A DNA stretch of 64,000 bases from an uncultured archaeon (GTDB lineage: Archaea; Aenigmatarchaeota; Aenigmatarchaeia; CG10238-14; SCSR01), in contig CAZEGD010000003.1 in assembly GCA_964512235.1 (NCBI GenBank), positions 101-64,100 on the forward strand, read 5' to 3'. The notes below the pieces were generated by a model. The model ran no database searches. It was not told where the DNA came from and was given only the letters and a program-made list of their open reading frames with translations. This document shows positions 48,148-57,354 of this stretch, in pieces. The position numbers were made by a program, and so were the translations under genes. Numbering within the stretch: position 1 is the stretch's first letter; each line of letters opens with the position of its first letter.

Positions 48148-49434
48148 TTATTTAAAATCTACAAGCCTCTTCTGCTCTTTAGCCTTCTTTTCCATCTTAG
48201 TCTTCAATTTTTCGTATTGAGCAGTGTCAAACACAGGTTGGCCGTACACACCATCATAACCCGGTATGTACTTTACCTTGCCCTCCCGCACTTTGATTAT
48301 CGCATCGGCTATGCTTTCTTTCGTCGCTTCCAAGAGATGCTCTTTAGGCACATTCAACAGTACGTTAAACTCATTGCCGAATCTCTTCACCAAAGCATCC
48401 TGTTGGTCAATCACACTTCTATTATACAGCTGACCGACACCCGTGGCAAATGATATTATCTCATACAAAGGTAGTAGCGATTTGTAAGGCACGGCACCAT
48501 CGGGCTTAAAGCCTTCCGGTCTGTCTGACAATTGCTCCACGCGCTGTAGCACACCGACAGTCATCCTACGGCCGCACTTCGGACATTTATTGTCAAACTG
48601 CAGAGACTGCTTAGGGCTTATATTGATACCGCAACTGCGGTGGCCTGTAAAATGGTATTTGCCGTACGAAGGCTCGACTTCAATGGTATACTTCAACTGC
48701 CCTTTCTTTATAGCTTCGTTTATTGCAGCATACGTAAGCGAGTTAATGCTGTCAATATCAAACTCGAATACATTCGCCTCCCTTCCCAATCTCCATATCC
48801 AAGGACTATGTGCATCCGAGTTGCTAAGCAGTGTGTACTTGTCAAGAGCGGACAGTCTCCAGTTCATAGGCGGATCGCTACTCATTCCAGTCTCCAGAGC
48901 ATGAATATGTTTCGTCTGGTCTTTGTAGCATTCCTCCATAGAATCGTAGCCAGAGAAAGAACCAAAAATAGCCCACCAGCTCGTCCAAACATGTGCTGGA
49001 TAGATGAGAATACCTTTGTCAACCTCCATCACAAGCTCAACAAGCTCGGGCGACGTGAGACCGGAGAACATAGGTCTGCCATCTACGGACAGGTTCCCTC
49101 TCTTACCCAACAATTCATTTACCTGTGCAACTACTTCCAAGCTAGGTGCGTGGATGACATGATGTATCTTTCTCGTCTTCCCGCCATCACCGTATACGGT
49201 TGCAACTTCAGTCGTTGCAATCCACAGCACACCACCATAACTGTATACGCCATCTCCAGCAGGCTCTAGCTTCTGCTTTAATTCATCAAACCAAGCTGGA
49301 AATGTGAAATCGCCAGTGCCCAAGAGATTCAATCCCTTCATCTTGGCATTCCTCGCCAATTGCTCCAAATCCATCTGCTTGCTCGTCGCACGGGAATATT
49401 TTGAATGTATGTGAAAATCAGCAATTATCTCCAA
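48148..49434 (-). CDS. Endonuclease Q-like PHP-domain protein
   Basis: MEIIADFHIHSKYSRATSKQMDLEQLARNAKMKGLNLLGTGDFTFPAWF...SDAHSPWIWRLGREANVFEFD; Cys4 element CPKCGRRM. Confidence 0.88.
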   Translation of the reverse strand: MEIIADFHIHSKYSRATSKQMDLEQLARNAKMKGLNLLGTGDFTFPAWFDELKQKLEPAGDGVYSYGGVLWIATTEVATVYGDGGKTRKIHHVIHAPSLEVVAQVNELLGKRGNLSVDGRPMFSGLTSPELVELVMEVDKGILIYPAHVWTSWWAIFGSFSGYDSMEECYKDQTKHIHALETGMSSDPPMNWRLSALDKYTLLSNSDAHSPWIWRLGREANVFEFDIDSINSLTYAAINEAIKKGQLKYTIEVEPSYGKYHFTGHRSCGINISPKQSLQFDNKCPKCGRRMTVGVLQRVEQLSDRPEGFKPDGAVPYKSLLPLYEIISFATGVGQLYNRSVIDQQDALVKRFGNEFNVLLNVPKEHLLEATKESIADAIIKVREGKVKYIPGYDGVYGQPVFDTAQYEKLKTKMEKKAKEQKRLVDFK

Positions 49435-49452
49435 CCAATCACACCTTTAATT

Positions 49453-50076
49453 TTAAACAAAGAAGATTAAGACGTTGATTATAACCAAGAAAAACCATGC
49501 CAAAGGTTTCCAAACGATTATTCTGTAACCATTTAATGGTTTTATGGGCAGCAGATTGAAGATTGCAAAGTAAGCACTTACAAAAGACATATAGCTGAAA
49601 AACGAACCCGGAAAGAGGCTAAACAGCATAGCGAGCATTATATTCGAAGCTGGGCCAATGAAGCCTACTAAGCCCTCTTCCATCATCGACAATCGCCTGC
49701 TCTTGAATCCCCACCTCCCGAAAGCAAAAGGATGTACAATAATGAGACCGACTACCGGAAACTTGAACCCCATAATCATCAGGAGCAGACCGAAAATTAT
49801 GCCAGGAAGCCATAATTTGTAGTATGCGGCACAACCAAACTTGCTTGCGAGCAGATTATGTGCAATCTTGTTGACGAAAAAGGCCACACCTACCGCCAGC
49901 AATGCAGGTATGACAGAATTTACAGTACCTACCGGATTCTGGAAATTATATGCAAATATCAGCGTAAGCAAAAGAATAGCCAAGACAGTGTCCCTAAAAT
50001 CTTTTGCAAGGAGGATTTTGCCCTTTTCCTTTGCAATCCTCTTTCTCACTAATTTCAATTTCTTCGCTTTTGCCAT
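49453..50076 (-). CDS. M50-like integral membrane protein with degenerate active site
   Basis: FFVNKIAHNLLASKFG in place of HExxH; NLLPIKPLNG in place of NxxPxxPLDG. Confidence 0.6.
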   Translation of the reverse strand: MAKAKKLKLVRKRIAKEKGKILLAKDFRDTVLAILLLTLIFAYNFQNPVGTVNSVIPALLAVGVAFFVNKIAHNLLASKFGCAAYYKLWLPGIIFGLLLMIMGFKFPVVGLIIVHPFAFGRWGFKSRRLSMMEEGLVGFIGPASNIMLAMLFSLFPGSFFSYMSFVSAYFAIFNLLPIKPLNGYRIIVWKPLAWFFLVIINVLIFFV

Positions 50077-50085
50077 AATTACAAT

Positions 50086-50880
50086 TTATATTAGAAAATA
50101 TTTTAATGCCTCATTGATGGTGAATACTTCTTCCACTTCTATATCAGCTTCCTCGCTCACAGCAAGCCTTTGCTCCACATAATCCGTAGTGCAGTACGTT
50201 ATTGGCCCTATCCTCTGGCATTCTCTTTGCGGCTCGTAATAAACTATCACAGCCTGTCCACCGGGGACTATAAAGAGTTCGGCGCCTATATCCTTCGCTG
50301 CAGTAGCCTTTGTCACAATACCACCTACCGGTCCGACCAGACCGCCTCTGCTAATCGTTCCTGTGATCATCACACTCTCGTTTATAGTCTTGTTCTCCAA
50401 CGCAGCCACTGTTGCAACTGTCAGTGCAGCACCTGCCGACGGGCCCTCTATCACTGATGCATTAGTCTCTATGGTATAGACAATGTCCAGGCCCGACAGA
50501 TCCATTCCTGTAACATTCTGCGCGACTATCTTCGCACTCTGTATAGAGTATTGCGTGTCAACCCAGAACAGGAGTTGGTTGATGTTTACAAGTACACGTC
50601 CCTCGCCAGGCATAATGTCAACTTTAAGATTTGTCACCACACCATTGCCTTCGTTATCCACGGCAGGTACTTTGATTGTTGCCGACTGCTTCGACTCGGG
50701 AGATTCTGCCGTAGGTGTTATAAATTCAGGCAGAGTAATCTCTGTAGTCGTAGTGGCGGTTGGGACAATATAAGTCTCACCGCCCGTAACCATAAAATAA
50801 GAGGCAATTATTAGCACCGCCAGCAACGGGACTATGAGAATCAGCAGTTTTTCTATTGACAAATCAAAACCCCTTCTCAT
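50086..50880 (-). CDS. Membrane-anchored S16 (Lon-like) protease domain protein
   Basis: EGPSAGAALTVATVAALENKTINESVMITGTISRGGLVGPVGGIVTKATAAK. Confidence 0.85.
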   Translation of the reverse strand: MRRGFDLSIEKLLILIVPLLAVLIIASYFMVTGGETYIVPTATTTTEITLPEFITPTAESPESKQSATIKVPAVDNEGNGVVTNLKVDIMPGEGRVLVNINQLLFWVDTQYSIQSAKIVAQNVTGMDLSGLDIVYTIETNASVIEGPSAGAALTVATVAALENKTINESVMITGTISRGGLVGPVGGIVTKATAAKDIGAELFIVPGGQAVIVYYEPQRECQRIGPITYCTTDYVEQRLAVSEEADIEVEEVFTINEALKYFLI

Positions 50881-50936
50881 TATACCACTTCAGTAGCCTT
50901 TTGTAATTGAATAAGTATTGGAAAAATATAAAGAGC

Positions 50937-51213
50937 GCAGGAAACACGCCATCAGTGGATACAACTTCATGAATTAGTTGACCCAAATCTCTTCCTCCAT
51001 CCCGTTGATTTACGAGCACCAAATTACATAGCTTATGGCTGCTCCATTCCTGGCCTCGCCAGTTTCGCTAGGTAAATGGCCCCGCAAGACGAGACTTCTC
51101 AGTCCGAAACTCGGACTAACTCACAAAAGTCATACCGCCCTCAGGCTTCGACCCCACCATAAACCGGATTTGTGGTTATAGAGAACCGGTAGCTCTCCAG
51201 TCTAGCTTCCTGC
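50937..51213 (-). ncRNA. Signal recognition particle RNA (7S/SRP RNA)
   Basis: Helix 8: TGGCGAGG-CCA-GGAA-TGG-AGCAGCCA; terminal pairing GCAGGAA...TTCCTGC; TATA-like TATTTAAATT about 25 nt upstream on the minus strand. Confidence 0.85.
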
Positions 51214-51321
51214 AAAAGAATGTTTGCTAAAACCAATTTAAATATCTTACACTTATACTGTACAGACAATTAAAAAATTACTAATTCTCGGAAATACAAT
51301 TAATAGATAAGGCATGATCGA

Positions 51322-53058
51322 ATGAAAGTTGAGACTATTAAAAAGCAGTCGTTCAAAGTCGAGCCAAATCTGAAGGATTACAAAAAGACGTATAGGACTT
51401 TTGACTGGAGAGATGCACATAAAGAAGTGGACTGGTTCAAAGGTAAGCGGCTGAATATGGCATACAATGCTGTGGATAGGCATGCCGATGGTCTGAGAAA
51501 GAACAAAGTTGCGCTGTACTGGGAAGGTGGTGGCAAGGCTGAGAAATATACATTTTTGGATTTGCAGGGACTTTCAAACAAATTCGCAAATTTAATAAAA
51601 AGTCTTGATGTGAAAAAGGGTGACCGTGTATTCTTTTTCCTGCCTCGCATACCTCCGCTTTATTTTGGCTTCCTAGGTACCCTAAAGACCGGGGCTATAG
51701 CTGGAACAATGTTTGCCGCATTCGGTCCGGCTGGAATTAAAGACAGGCTTGAGAACAGCGGTGCAAAAGTTCTTGTGACAGCTCCAGAGCTGGTGAAGCG
51801 TGTGTATAAGGTAAAGAGAGAATTGCCGGATTTGAAAAAGATAATAATTGTCAACGGCTACAGTAAGAAAAAACACAAACTCAAGCGAGGGGAAGTGAAC
51901 TATGAGAAAGCCATGGCCAAAACATCAGACGAATTTAGAATATCGCGAATGAAACCAAGCGATCCTTCATTCATGCTATACACGAGCGGCACTACGGGCA
52001 AGCCCAAAGGCGTAGTCCATCAGCATTATGCACTGATTCAAGAGCATATGACTGCGAAATGGATTCTAGATTTGCACGAGGATGATGTATATTGGTGCAC
52101 GGCCGATCCTGGCTGGGTTACGGGAATAGCATATGGCATAATCGGCTCATGGTCTAATGGTGCTTCCTCCGTAGTCTCCGGCGACAGGTTCAGTCCCGAT
52201 GGCTGGTATTCGATTATTGAAAGGTATGGCATAACAGTCTGGTATACTGCCCCTACTGCTATTCGTATGCTTATGTCAGCTGGTGGCAAACTGGTAAAGC
52301 AGTACGACTTGAGCAGCTTACGTCATATATGCAGCGTCGGCGAGCCGTTGAACCCTGAAGCAATACGATGGGGAATGAAAGTCTTCAAGCTATCAATACA
52401 TGACAATTGGTGGCAGACTGAAACTGGTGGAATACTGATTGCTAATTATCCATCAATGGCAATCAAACTCGGATCCATGGGTAGGCCGCTGCCTGGAGTG
52501 CAAGCATCAATAGTCAACGATAAGGGCAATAGAATAAAGACTGGAAGAGAAGGCAATCTTGCAATAAAGCCAGGATGGCCTTCAATGATGATAAAAATAT
52601 GGAGACGGCCGAAGAAGTATAAGTCGTACTTTTTAAAAGGATGGTACATAACGGGCGATCGTGCCTTTATGGACAAAGATGGCTACTTTTGGTTTGTCGG
52701 TAGATCAGATGATGTGATTAAGACCTCCGGTGAAAGAGTAGGACCGTTTGAAGTCGAAAGTATATTGATTGAACACCCTGCAATCATCGAGGCTGGTGTA
52801 ATCGGTAAACCAGATCCGTTGCGCGGAGAAATAATTAAGGCATTTGTCGTTCTGAAGAAAGGTTACAAAGAATCGGACAAGCTGAAAGATGATATAAAGA
52901 AATTCGTCAAGCATCACCTAGCAGGCCATGCTTATCCAAGGGAGATTGAATTCGTGAAAAGTTTGCCAAAGACAAGATCAGGTAAAATTATGCGACGAAT
53001 TCTTAAGGCAAAAGAGCTTGGACTGCCAATAGGCGACACTTCTACTTTGATAAAATAA
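51322..53058 (+). CDS. AMP-forming acetyl/acyl-CoA synthetase
   Basis: FMLYTSGTTGKPKGVVHQH..., WWQTETGG, GWYITGDRAFMDKDGYFWFVGRSDDVIKTSGERVGPFEVES, PKTRSGKIMRRIL. Confidence 0.92.
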   Translation: MKVETIKKQSFKVEPNLKDYKKTYRTFDWRDAHKEVDWFKGKRLNMAYNAVDRHADGLRKNKVALYWEGGGKAEKYTFLDLQGLSNKFANLIKSLDVKKGDRVFFFLPRIPPLYFGFLGTLKTGAIAGTMFAAFGPAGIKDRLENSGAKVLVTAPELVKRVYKVKRELPDLKKIIIVNGYSKKKHKLKRGEVNYEKAMAKTSDEFRISRMKPSDPSFMLYTSGTTGKPKGVVHQHYALIQEHMTAKWILDLHEDDVYWCTADPGWVTGIAYGIIGSWSNGASSVVSGDRFSPDGWYSIIERYGITVWYTAPTAIRMLMSAGGKLVKQYDLSSLRHICSVGEPLNPEAIRWGMKVFKLSIHDNWWQTETGGILIANYPSMAIKLGSMGRPLPGVQASIVNDKGNRIKTGREGNLAIKPGWPSMMIKIWRRPKKYKSYFLKGWYITGDRAFMDKDGYFWFVGRSDDVIKTSGERVGPFEVESILIEHPAIIEAGVIGKPDPLRGEIIKAFVVLKKGYKESDKLKDDIKKFVKHHLAGHAYPREIEFVKSLPKTRSGKIMRRILKAKELGLPIGDTSTLIK

Positions 53059-53103
53059 TAGTGTAAATAAAAAATGTACAGATTTTACTATTGCTCAGTT
53101 TTA

Positions 53104-53117
53104 CTGAGCATGCTCAG
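53104..53117. promoter_or_regulatory. Palindrome CTGAGCATGCTCAG just upstream of a TATA-like box
   Basis: Perfect 14-nt palindrome, extra half-site TTGCTCAG at 53091, TATA-like cttttaaat at ~53122. Confidence 0.6.
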
Positions 53118-53184
53118 CAAACTTTTAAATAGTTTTACATCACTTTAGTGAGTTATAGAAAGAAGTCCAAATCAGGGTGGTAAA

Positions 53185-53262
53185 ATGCTCGGCGATTGGG
53201 ACGAAGAAGACGAAGATCCAAATTGGAACGAACCTGAAGAAGAAATGGATGACTGGTTCTAG
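53185..53262 (+). CDS. Possible 25-aa highly acidic micropeptide
   Basis: atcagGGTGGtaaaATG; MLGDWDEEDEDPNWNEPEEEMDDWF*. Confidence 0.4.
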   Translation: MLGDWDEEDEDPNWNEPEEEMDDWF

Positions 53263-53310
53263 CATTTGAATATTTTTTTCTTTTTATTTTTCCCTTACGT
53301 ACTTTAATTT

Positions 53311-53901
53311 ATGCAGTTAAACTACCATGATGGAAAAGTCATTGTCAAGCTTGCCCGTCAGACAGTTGAGAAATTTCTTGAAAAGGGAAAGTTTGAGCTA
53401 GTGAAAGCTGAAAGGAAATCATTGCAAGGGAAATCACGCGCATTCGTGACTATAAACACGCATCCCGAACGCTTGCTCAGGGGGTGCATAGGTTTCACTT
53501 CACCGTTTCCACTATATGAAGTTGTGCAGCGCGCGGCACATGCAGCAGCGTTTGAGGATCCGAGATTCCCACCTATTACAAAAGAAGAGTTGGAAAGAGT
53601 TGTATTTGAAGTCTCCGTGTTGACAGATCCAGAAGAGTTGAAGTGTGAACCACGTGAATATGCGAATAACATAGAGATTGGAAAAGACGGTTTAATTGTT
53701 CAATATGAATCGCATAGTGGTCTGTTGCTGCCGCAGGTTGCAGGCGAGCAGAACTGGACGGCAGAAGAGTTCTTGGGACAAGTCTGCTTCAAAGCAGGTC
53801 TAACTCCGGATTACATACATGATAAATCTACAAAATTATGGAAGTTCCAAGCCCAGATTTTTACTGAAAAAGAACCGCATGGTGAAGTCGAGGAGATTTG
53901 A
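53311..53901 (+). CDS. amrA: AMMECR1 family protein
   Basis: RAFVTINTHPERLLRGCIGFTSPFPLYEVVQRAAHAAAFEDPRFPPI. Confidence 0.92.
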   Translation: MQLNYHDGKVIVKLARQTVEKFLEKGKFELVKAERKSLQGKSRAFVTINTHPERLLRGCIGFTSPFPLYEVVQRAAHAAAFEDPRFPPITKEELERVVFEVSVLTDPEELKCEPREYANNIEIGKDGLIVQYESHSGLLLPQVAGEQNWTAEEFLGQVCFKAGLTPDYIHDKSTKLWKFQAQIFTEKEPHGEVEEI

Positions 53902-53910
53902 AATCACTCA

Positions 53911-54483
53911 TCAATCATATATCTTGCGTTTTATTATTTTAAAATCTGTAGCAAAGTCACTACCGCCTATATGAAGTACTGGATTTATTGCTCGTAGGTC
54001 AACTTTTCCATCCTTTATTACACTACCCTTCACTTCCGCTTCCAGAATTTCTCCAAAAACAGCAATATGATCACCTATTTTTTTACTTTCTGTAACTCTA
54101 CACTCAAGCCATGCCGAAGCTTCGCGTATCCGCGGTGGCGAAACAAGTTTTGAGCTATACCAATCCAGATCGGCTTGCTGGATTTTATTCACACCCTCTT
54201 GGTATTTGGCTGCACATCGCAAGAGCTGGTCTATATAACGTTTGCCTAGGATATTCACTACGAATTCACCGCTGTTTATTATATTCTTGTATGTATGCCT
54301 CACTGGAGCTAGAGAGATCATTAATACTGGTGGTGATTTTGAAACAGGAGAAATGAAGCTGACAACGCATGCATTTGGCGTGTCTGTGGAATTCAGAGTC
54401 GTTATAGCTACAGCCAGTCTAGGCGAGATTAGTTTATAAGACTTTTTCAGGTCTAACCTCATAATTACATTTACGCTATACAA
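53911..54483 (-). CDS. Flavin reductase family protein
   Basis: SPRLAVAITTLNSTDTPNACVVSFISPVSKSPPVLMISLAPVRHTYKNIINSGEFVVNI. Confidence 0.88.
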   Translation of the reverse strand: MYSVNVIMRLDLKKSYKLISPRLAVAITTLNSTDTPNACVVSFISPVSKSPPVLMISLAPVRHTYKNIINSGEFVVNILGKRYIDQLLRCAAKYQEGVNKIQQADLDWYSSKLVSPPRIREASAWLECRVTESKKIGDHIAVFGEILEAEVKGSVIKDGKVDLRAINPVLHIGGSDFATDFKIIKRKIYD

Positions 54484-54565
54484 GAGTTAATATTGTTACC
54501 ACTCTCCAAAAGTATACAAAGAGCTCACCACAACCTTTTTAACCCACCAATTAAATTTCAATTAG

Positions 54566-54856
54566 GTGAAATCAGTAATGTGGTTTGCAAACGGTCTAAT
54601 CGACCTAGGAATAGCATTACTTGCTGTAGTGGCTTTAGCCGAGATAGCAAAAGTCAGAAAGAAATCCCCACGTGGCTATAGTTGGTTGGCTGCTGCGGGA
54701 GTATTCTCCATATTCGCTGGTGGAATGGGTGTACTACCAGCAACTGTCCCATACGTCGGGGATTTGTTCTTGGCAGAAATATTCTCGCTAATCGGCTGGC
54801 TATTCGCGATAATAGGAACGCTATTCATAGGATATGAAACACTATTGGAAAAATAA
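54566..54856 (+). CDS. Small membrane protein
   Basis: 96 aa, about 3 TM segments. Confidence 0.55.
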   Translation: MKSVMWFANGLIDLGIALLAVVALAEIAKVRKKSPRGYSWLAAAGVFSIFAGGMGVLPATVPYVGDLFLAEIFSLIGWLFAIIGTLFIGYETLLEK

Positions 54857-54943
54857 ATTTGAGAATTTTTTATTTTTCAATTTTCCAATAAATTCTGTAT
54901 GATTGTAGGGTTTTCTATATAGATTTTCTTATAAAGAATTAAT

Positions 54944-55061
54944 GCAGGGGCTGGGATTTGAACCCAGGAAAGCACTAAGCTAACAGGTTTCTTATCATCT
55001 TGTATCAACGCTCAAGAAGCTCTTGAGCCTGTCCCCTTTGACCAGACTTGGGTACCCCTGC
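54944..55061 (-). tRNA. tRNA-Leu (CAA) with ~33-nt intron
   Basis: GCAGGGG/CCCCTGC, ACAGG-CTCAAG^A-CCTGT; intron AGCTTCTTGAGCGTTGATACAAGATGATAAGAA; long variable arm; 85 nt mature length. Confidence 0.85.
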
Positions 55062-55110
55062 ACTCTAAACTAATGATTAATTAGTATTTAAAAATTAAGA
55101 AAACACCTGT

Positions 55111-55593
55111 CTAAGCCAAAGTTTCTATCTGTGATTTCAACTGGTTTATTTGGCTTCTGAGATCTTCCAGTGTCACTCCCAAGTTTTCAACATCCTGCAA
55201 CTGTGGCACTTCCTCTACAAATCCCGACGGTCGCATAAAGCTAGAATCTAGCGTCAGCATCCTCTGATCGACTGTGTTCACGGCATCCTCTACCATTCTG
55301 AGATTTTCATCCCTTAACTTGTCGAGCTCCTTTAGAATAGAAATGCTACTCTTTACGGCATTTATCGTAGTCTTCATATAGTTCATCGTATGCAGTATCT
55401 GTCTGTATTTGTTTATCCTGACAAACAAAGGTGCAAACTCCGGTTTTTGTTTTTTCTCTGCTTTAGGTGGAGTAGGCATTGCCTCTGCTTTTGGCATTCT
55501 TTTTTCCAATAACTTTTCTTCCTTATCAAGTTCTTTCATGACATCCTTGGCTTCCTTTACGCCTTTCTTTTTCTTTAATCCGAAAAGAGCCAT
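55111..55593 (-). CDS. Coiled-coil hypothetical protein
   Basis: 160 aa, Lys/Glu-rich helices. Confidence 0.55.
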   Translation of the reverse strand: MALFGLKKKKGVKEAKDVMKELDKEEKLLEKRMPKAEAMPTPPKAEKKQKPEFAPLFVRINKYRQILHTMNYMKTTINAVKSSISILKELDKLRDENLRMVEDAVNTVDQRMLTLDSSFMRPSGFVEEVPQLQDVENLGVTLEDLRSQINQLKSQIETLA

Positions 55594-55667
55594 AACATCT
55601 ACTATTTATTTTCTGTTTATGCAAAATATAAGTATTTGTTCTTAATAAAAGAGGAAATTTAAAAAAT

Positions 55668-55741
55668 GCGGTGACCGGGATTTGAACCCGGGTTCTAAGC
55701 TTGGCAAGCTTATGTCTTAGACCAGGCTGGACCATCACCGC
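55668..55741 (-). tRNA. tRNA-Gly (GCC), no intron
   Basis: GCGGTGA/TCACCGC, TAAGC-TTGCCAA-GCTTA. Confidence 0.94.
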
Positions 55742-55747
55742 ATACAC

Positions 55748-56065
55748 TCAGCCTAAAAATGAGCCGAAACCTTCAATCGCTTTATCTTCTTCTTCCTTTA
55801 TCTTTTTTATTATTTCTTCCGCTTTGCTACTCTCCACTTCCTCAGCAAACTCTGTAACATTACCCTCTTCATCCTCTATTTTGACAATTTCTAAAGCCCG
55901 TTGACATCGCTCATCAGTACCACTGATATAGCATACATAGCCATCTACGTCAAACCCTTTGCCTTCTTTGAATGTCATGCTCGCGCGGTTGACTATTTCA
56001 TCCTTGAGCAGCAAATCTTTTACTTTGCTTAGGTTCTCTGACTTTATCTTTAGCACTACTTCCAT
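55748..56065 (-). CDS. Small conserved-looking hypothetical protein
   Basis: MEVVLKIKSENLSKVKDLLLKDE...; trimmed from 56158 to leave the tRNA gene. Confidence 0.55.
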   Translation of the reverse strand: MEVVLKIKSENLSKVKDLLLKDEIVNRASMTFKEGKGFDVDGYVCYISGTDERCQRALEIVKIEDEEGNVTEFAEEVESSKAEEIIKKIKEEEDKAIEGFGSFLG

Positions 56066-56087
56066 CTTTTCACCCCCGGTTCTCAGA

Positions 56088-56173
56088 GCCCTAGGCGAGG
56101 ATTGAACTCGCGACCTCCTGTTTACGAGATTCACCAAAGCATTCAGGTGCTCTACCAACTGAGCTACTAGGGC
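56088..56173 (-). tRNA. tRNA-Thr (CGT) with 14-nt intron at non-canonical position (~30/31)
   Basis: GCCCTAG/CTAGGGC. Removing AATGCTTTGGTGAA restores CCTGT-CTCGTAA-ACAGG; possible central helix CACC/GGTG with TG|A and AA|T bulges. Confidence 0.82.
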
Positions 56174-56286
56174 ACATTTAACTCATTTTCACTTCTATAA
56201 TTTAAAGTTTTTGCAACTCCTGCAGCTAATCTATATTACTATGCACAACCAATATAATACTTACGCGTTTCGTTTTTGAGCGATGG

Positions 56287-57354
56287 TTGGCTGTCATTAT
56301 GGCGAAGAGAAAGCGTAAAAACACTACTAAAAAGCTTCACGAGGCTATGCTCTGGCAGAAGGAGCGCAATGGCGTGCGTTGTTTCCTATGTGCCCGAAGA
56401 TGCTTTATACCCAAGGGTAAACGAGGATTCTGCCTAGTCCGTATGAACAAAGACAATGTTCTGTACACGTTAAACTATGGTAAACTGATAGCCGTGAATG
56501 TTGACCCTGTTGAAAAGAAGCCATTATTCCACTTTTATCCAGGATCTAAAACTTTGAGCATAGCCGCAAAAGGATGCAACTTCCGGTGCCAGTTTTGTGA
56601 CAATTGGCAGATAAGCCAGACTGTCGAAGCTGAAGTAGAAGATATAGAAGGGGATCCATACACACCAGAAGATATTGTAAAACTTGCTGAGAAGTATGAA
56701 TGTAAGATGATAAGCTATACTTATACTGAGCCAACAATATTCTTTGAATTTGCATACAAAACCGCGAAGTTAGCCCATCGTAACAACATACTAAATACTT
56801 TTGTAACGAATGGCTATATGACAGACGATGCGATAAAGAAGATATCTAAGTATTTGGACGCTGCCACTGTTAACATCAAAGCTTCAGCTGATCCGGAATT
56901 CTACAAGAAGTTTATGTCAGTCCCCAACGTCGAACCAATATTCGATTCGATGAAACGACTGAAAAAACAGAGGATATTCATGGAAATAACAAATCTTATA
57001 ATTCCGCAGATAGGTGATAGTGTAGAACGTTGTAGGCAGTTGGCCGAGAGGATAAATGCAAACTTGGGAACTGATATTCCTTTTCATATCTTACAGTTCT
57101 TTCCAAACTACCAACTAAAAGAGCTTCCCAGTACATCAATAGATGCTCTTGAGAGGTGTGCACGAGAGGCTAGGCAATCTGGGCTGCGCTACGTATATAT
57201 AGGAAATGTTCCTGGTCATCCAGAAGCAAATACCTACTGTTATAACTGCAGGAGTTTGTTAATAGAGCGTGACGGCATGCAAATACGATCTATAAACCTA
57301 GTCAACGATAGATGTTCACAGTGCGGCCAAAAAATAAACATCGTACAGGAATAA
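56287..57354 (+). CDS. amrS: AmmeMemoRadiSam-system radical SAM enzyme
   Basis: CFLCARRCFIPKGKRGFCLVR...GCNFRCQFCDNWQISQ. Confidence 0.9.
   Translation: MAVIMAKRKRKNTTKKLHEAMLWQKERNGVRCFLCARRCFIPKGKRGFCLVRMNKDNVLYTLNYGKLIAVNVDPVEKKPLFHFYPGSKTLSIAAKGCNFRCQFCDNWQISQTVEAEVEDIEGDPYTPEDIVKLAEKYECKMISYTYTEPTIFFEFAYKTAKLAHRNNILNTFVTNGYMTDDAIKKISKYLDAATVNIKASADPEFYKKFMSVPNVEPIFDSMKRLKKQRIFMEITNLIIPQIGDSVERCRQLAERINANLGTDIPFHILQFFPNYQLKELPSTSIDALERCAREARQSGLRYVYIGNVPGHPEANTYCYNCRSLLIERDGMQIRSINLVNDRCSQCGQKINIVQE

Noticed and set aside
48640-49269. Plus-strand ORF of 209 aa
   Set aside because: Antisense to the EndoQ-like gene; composition not protein-like.
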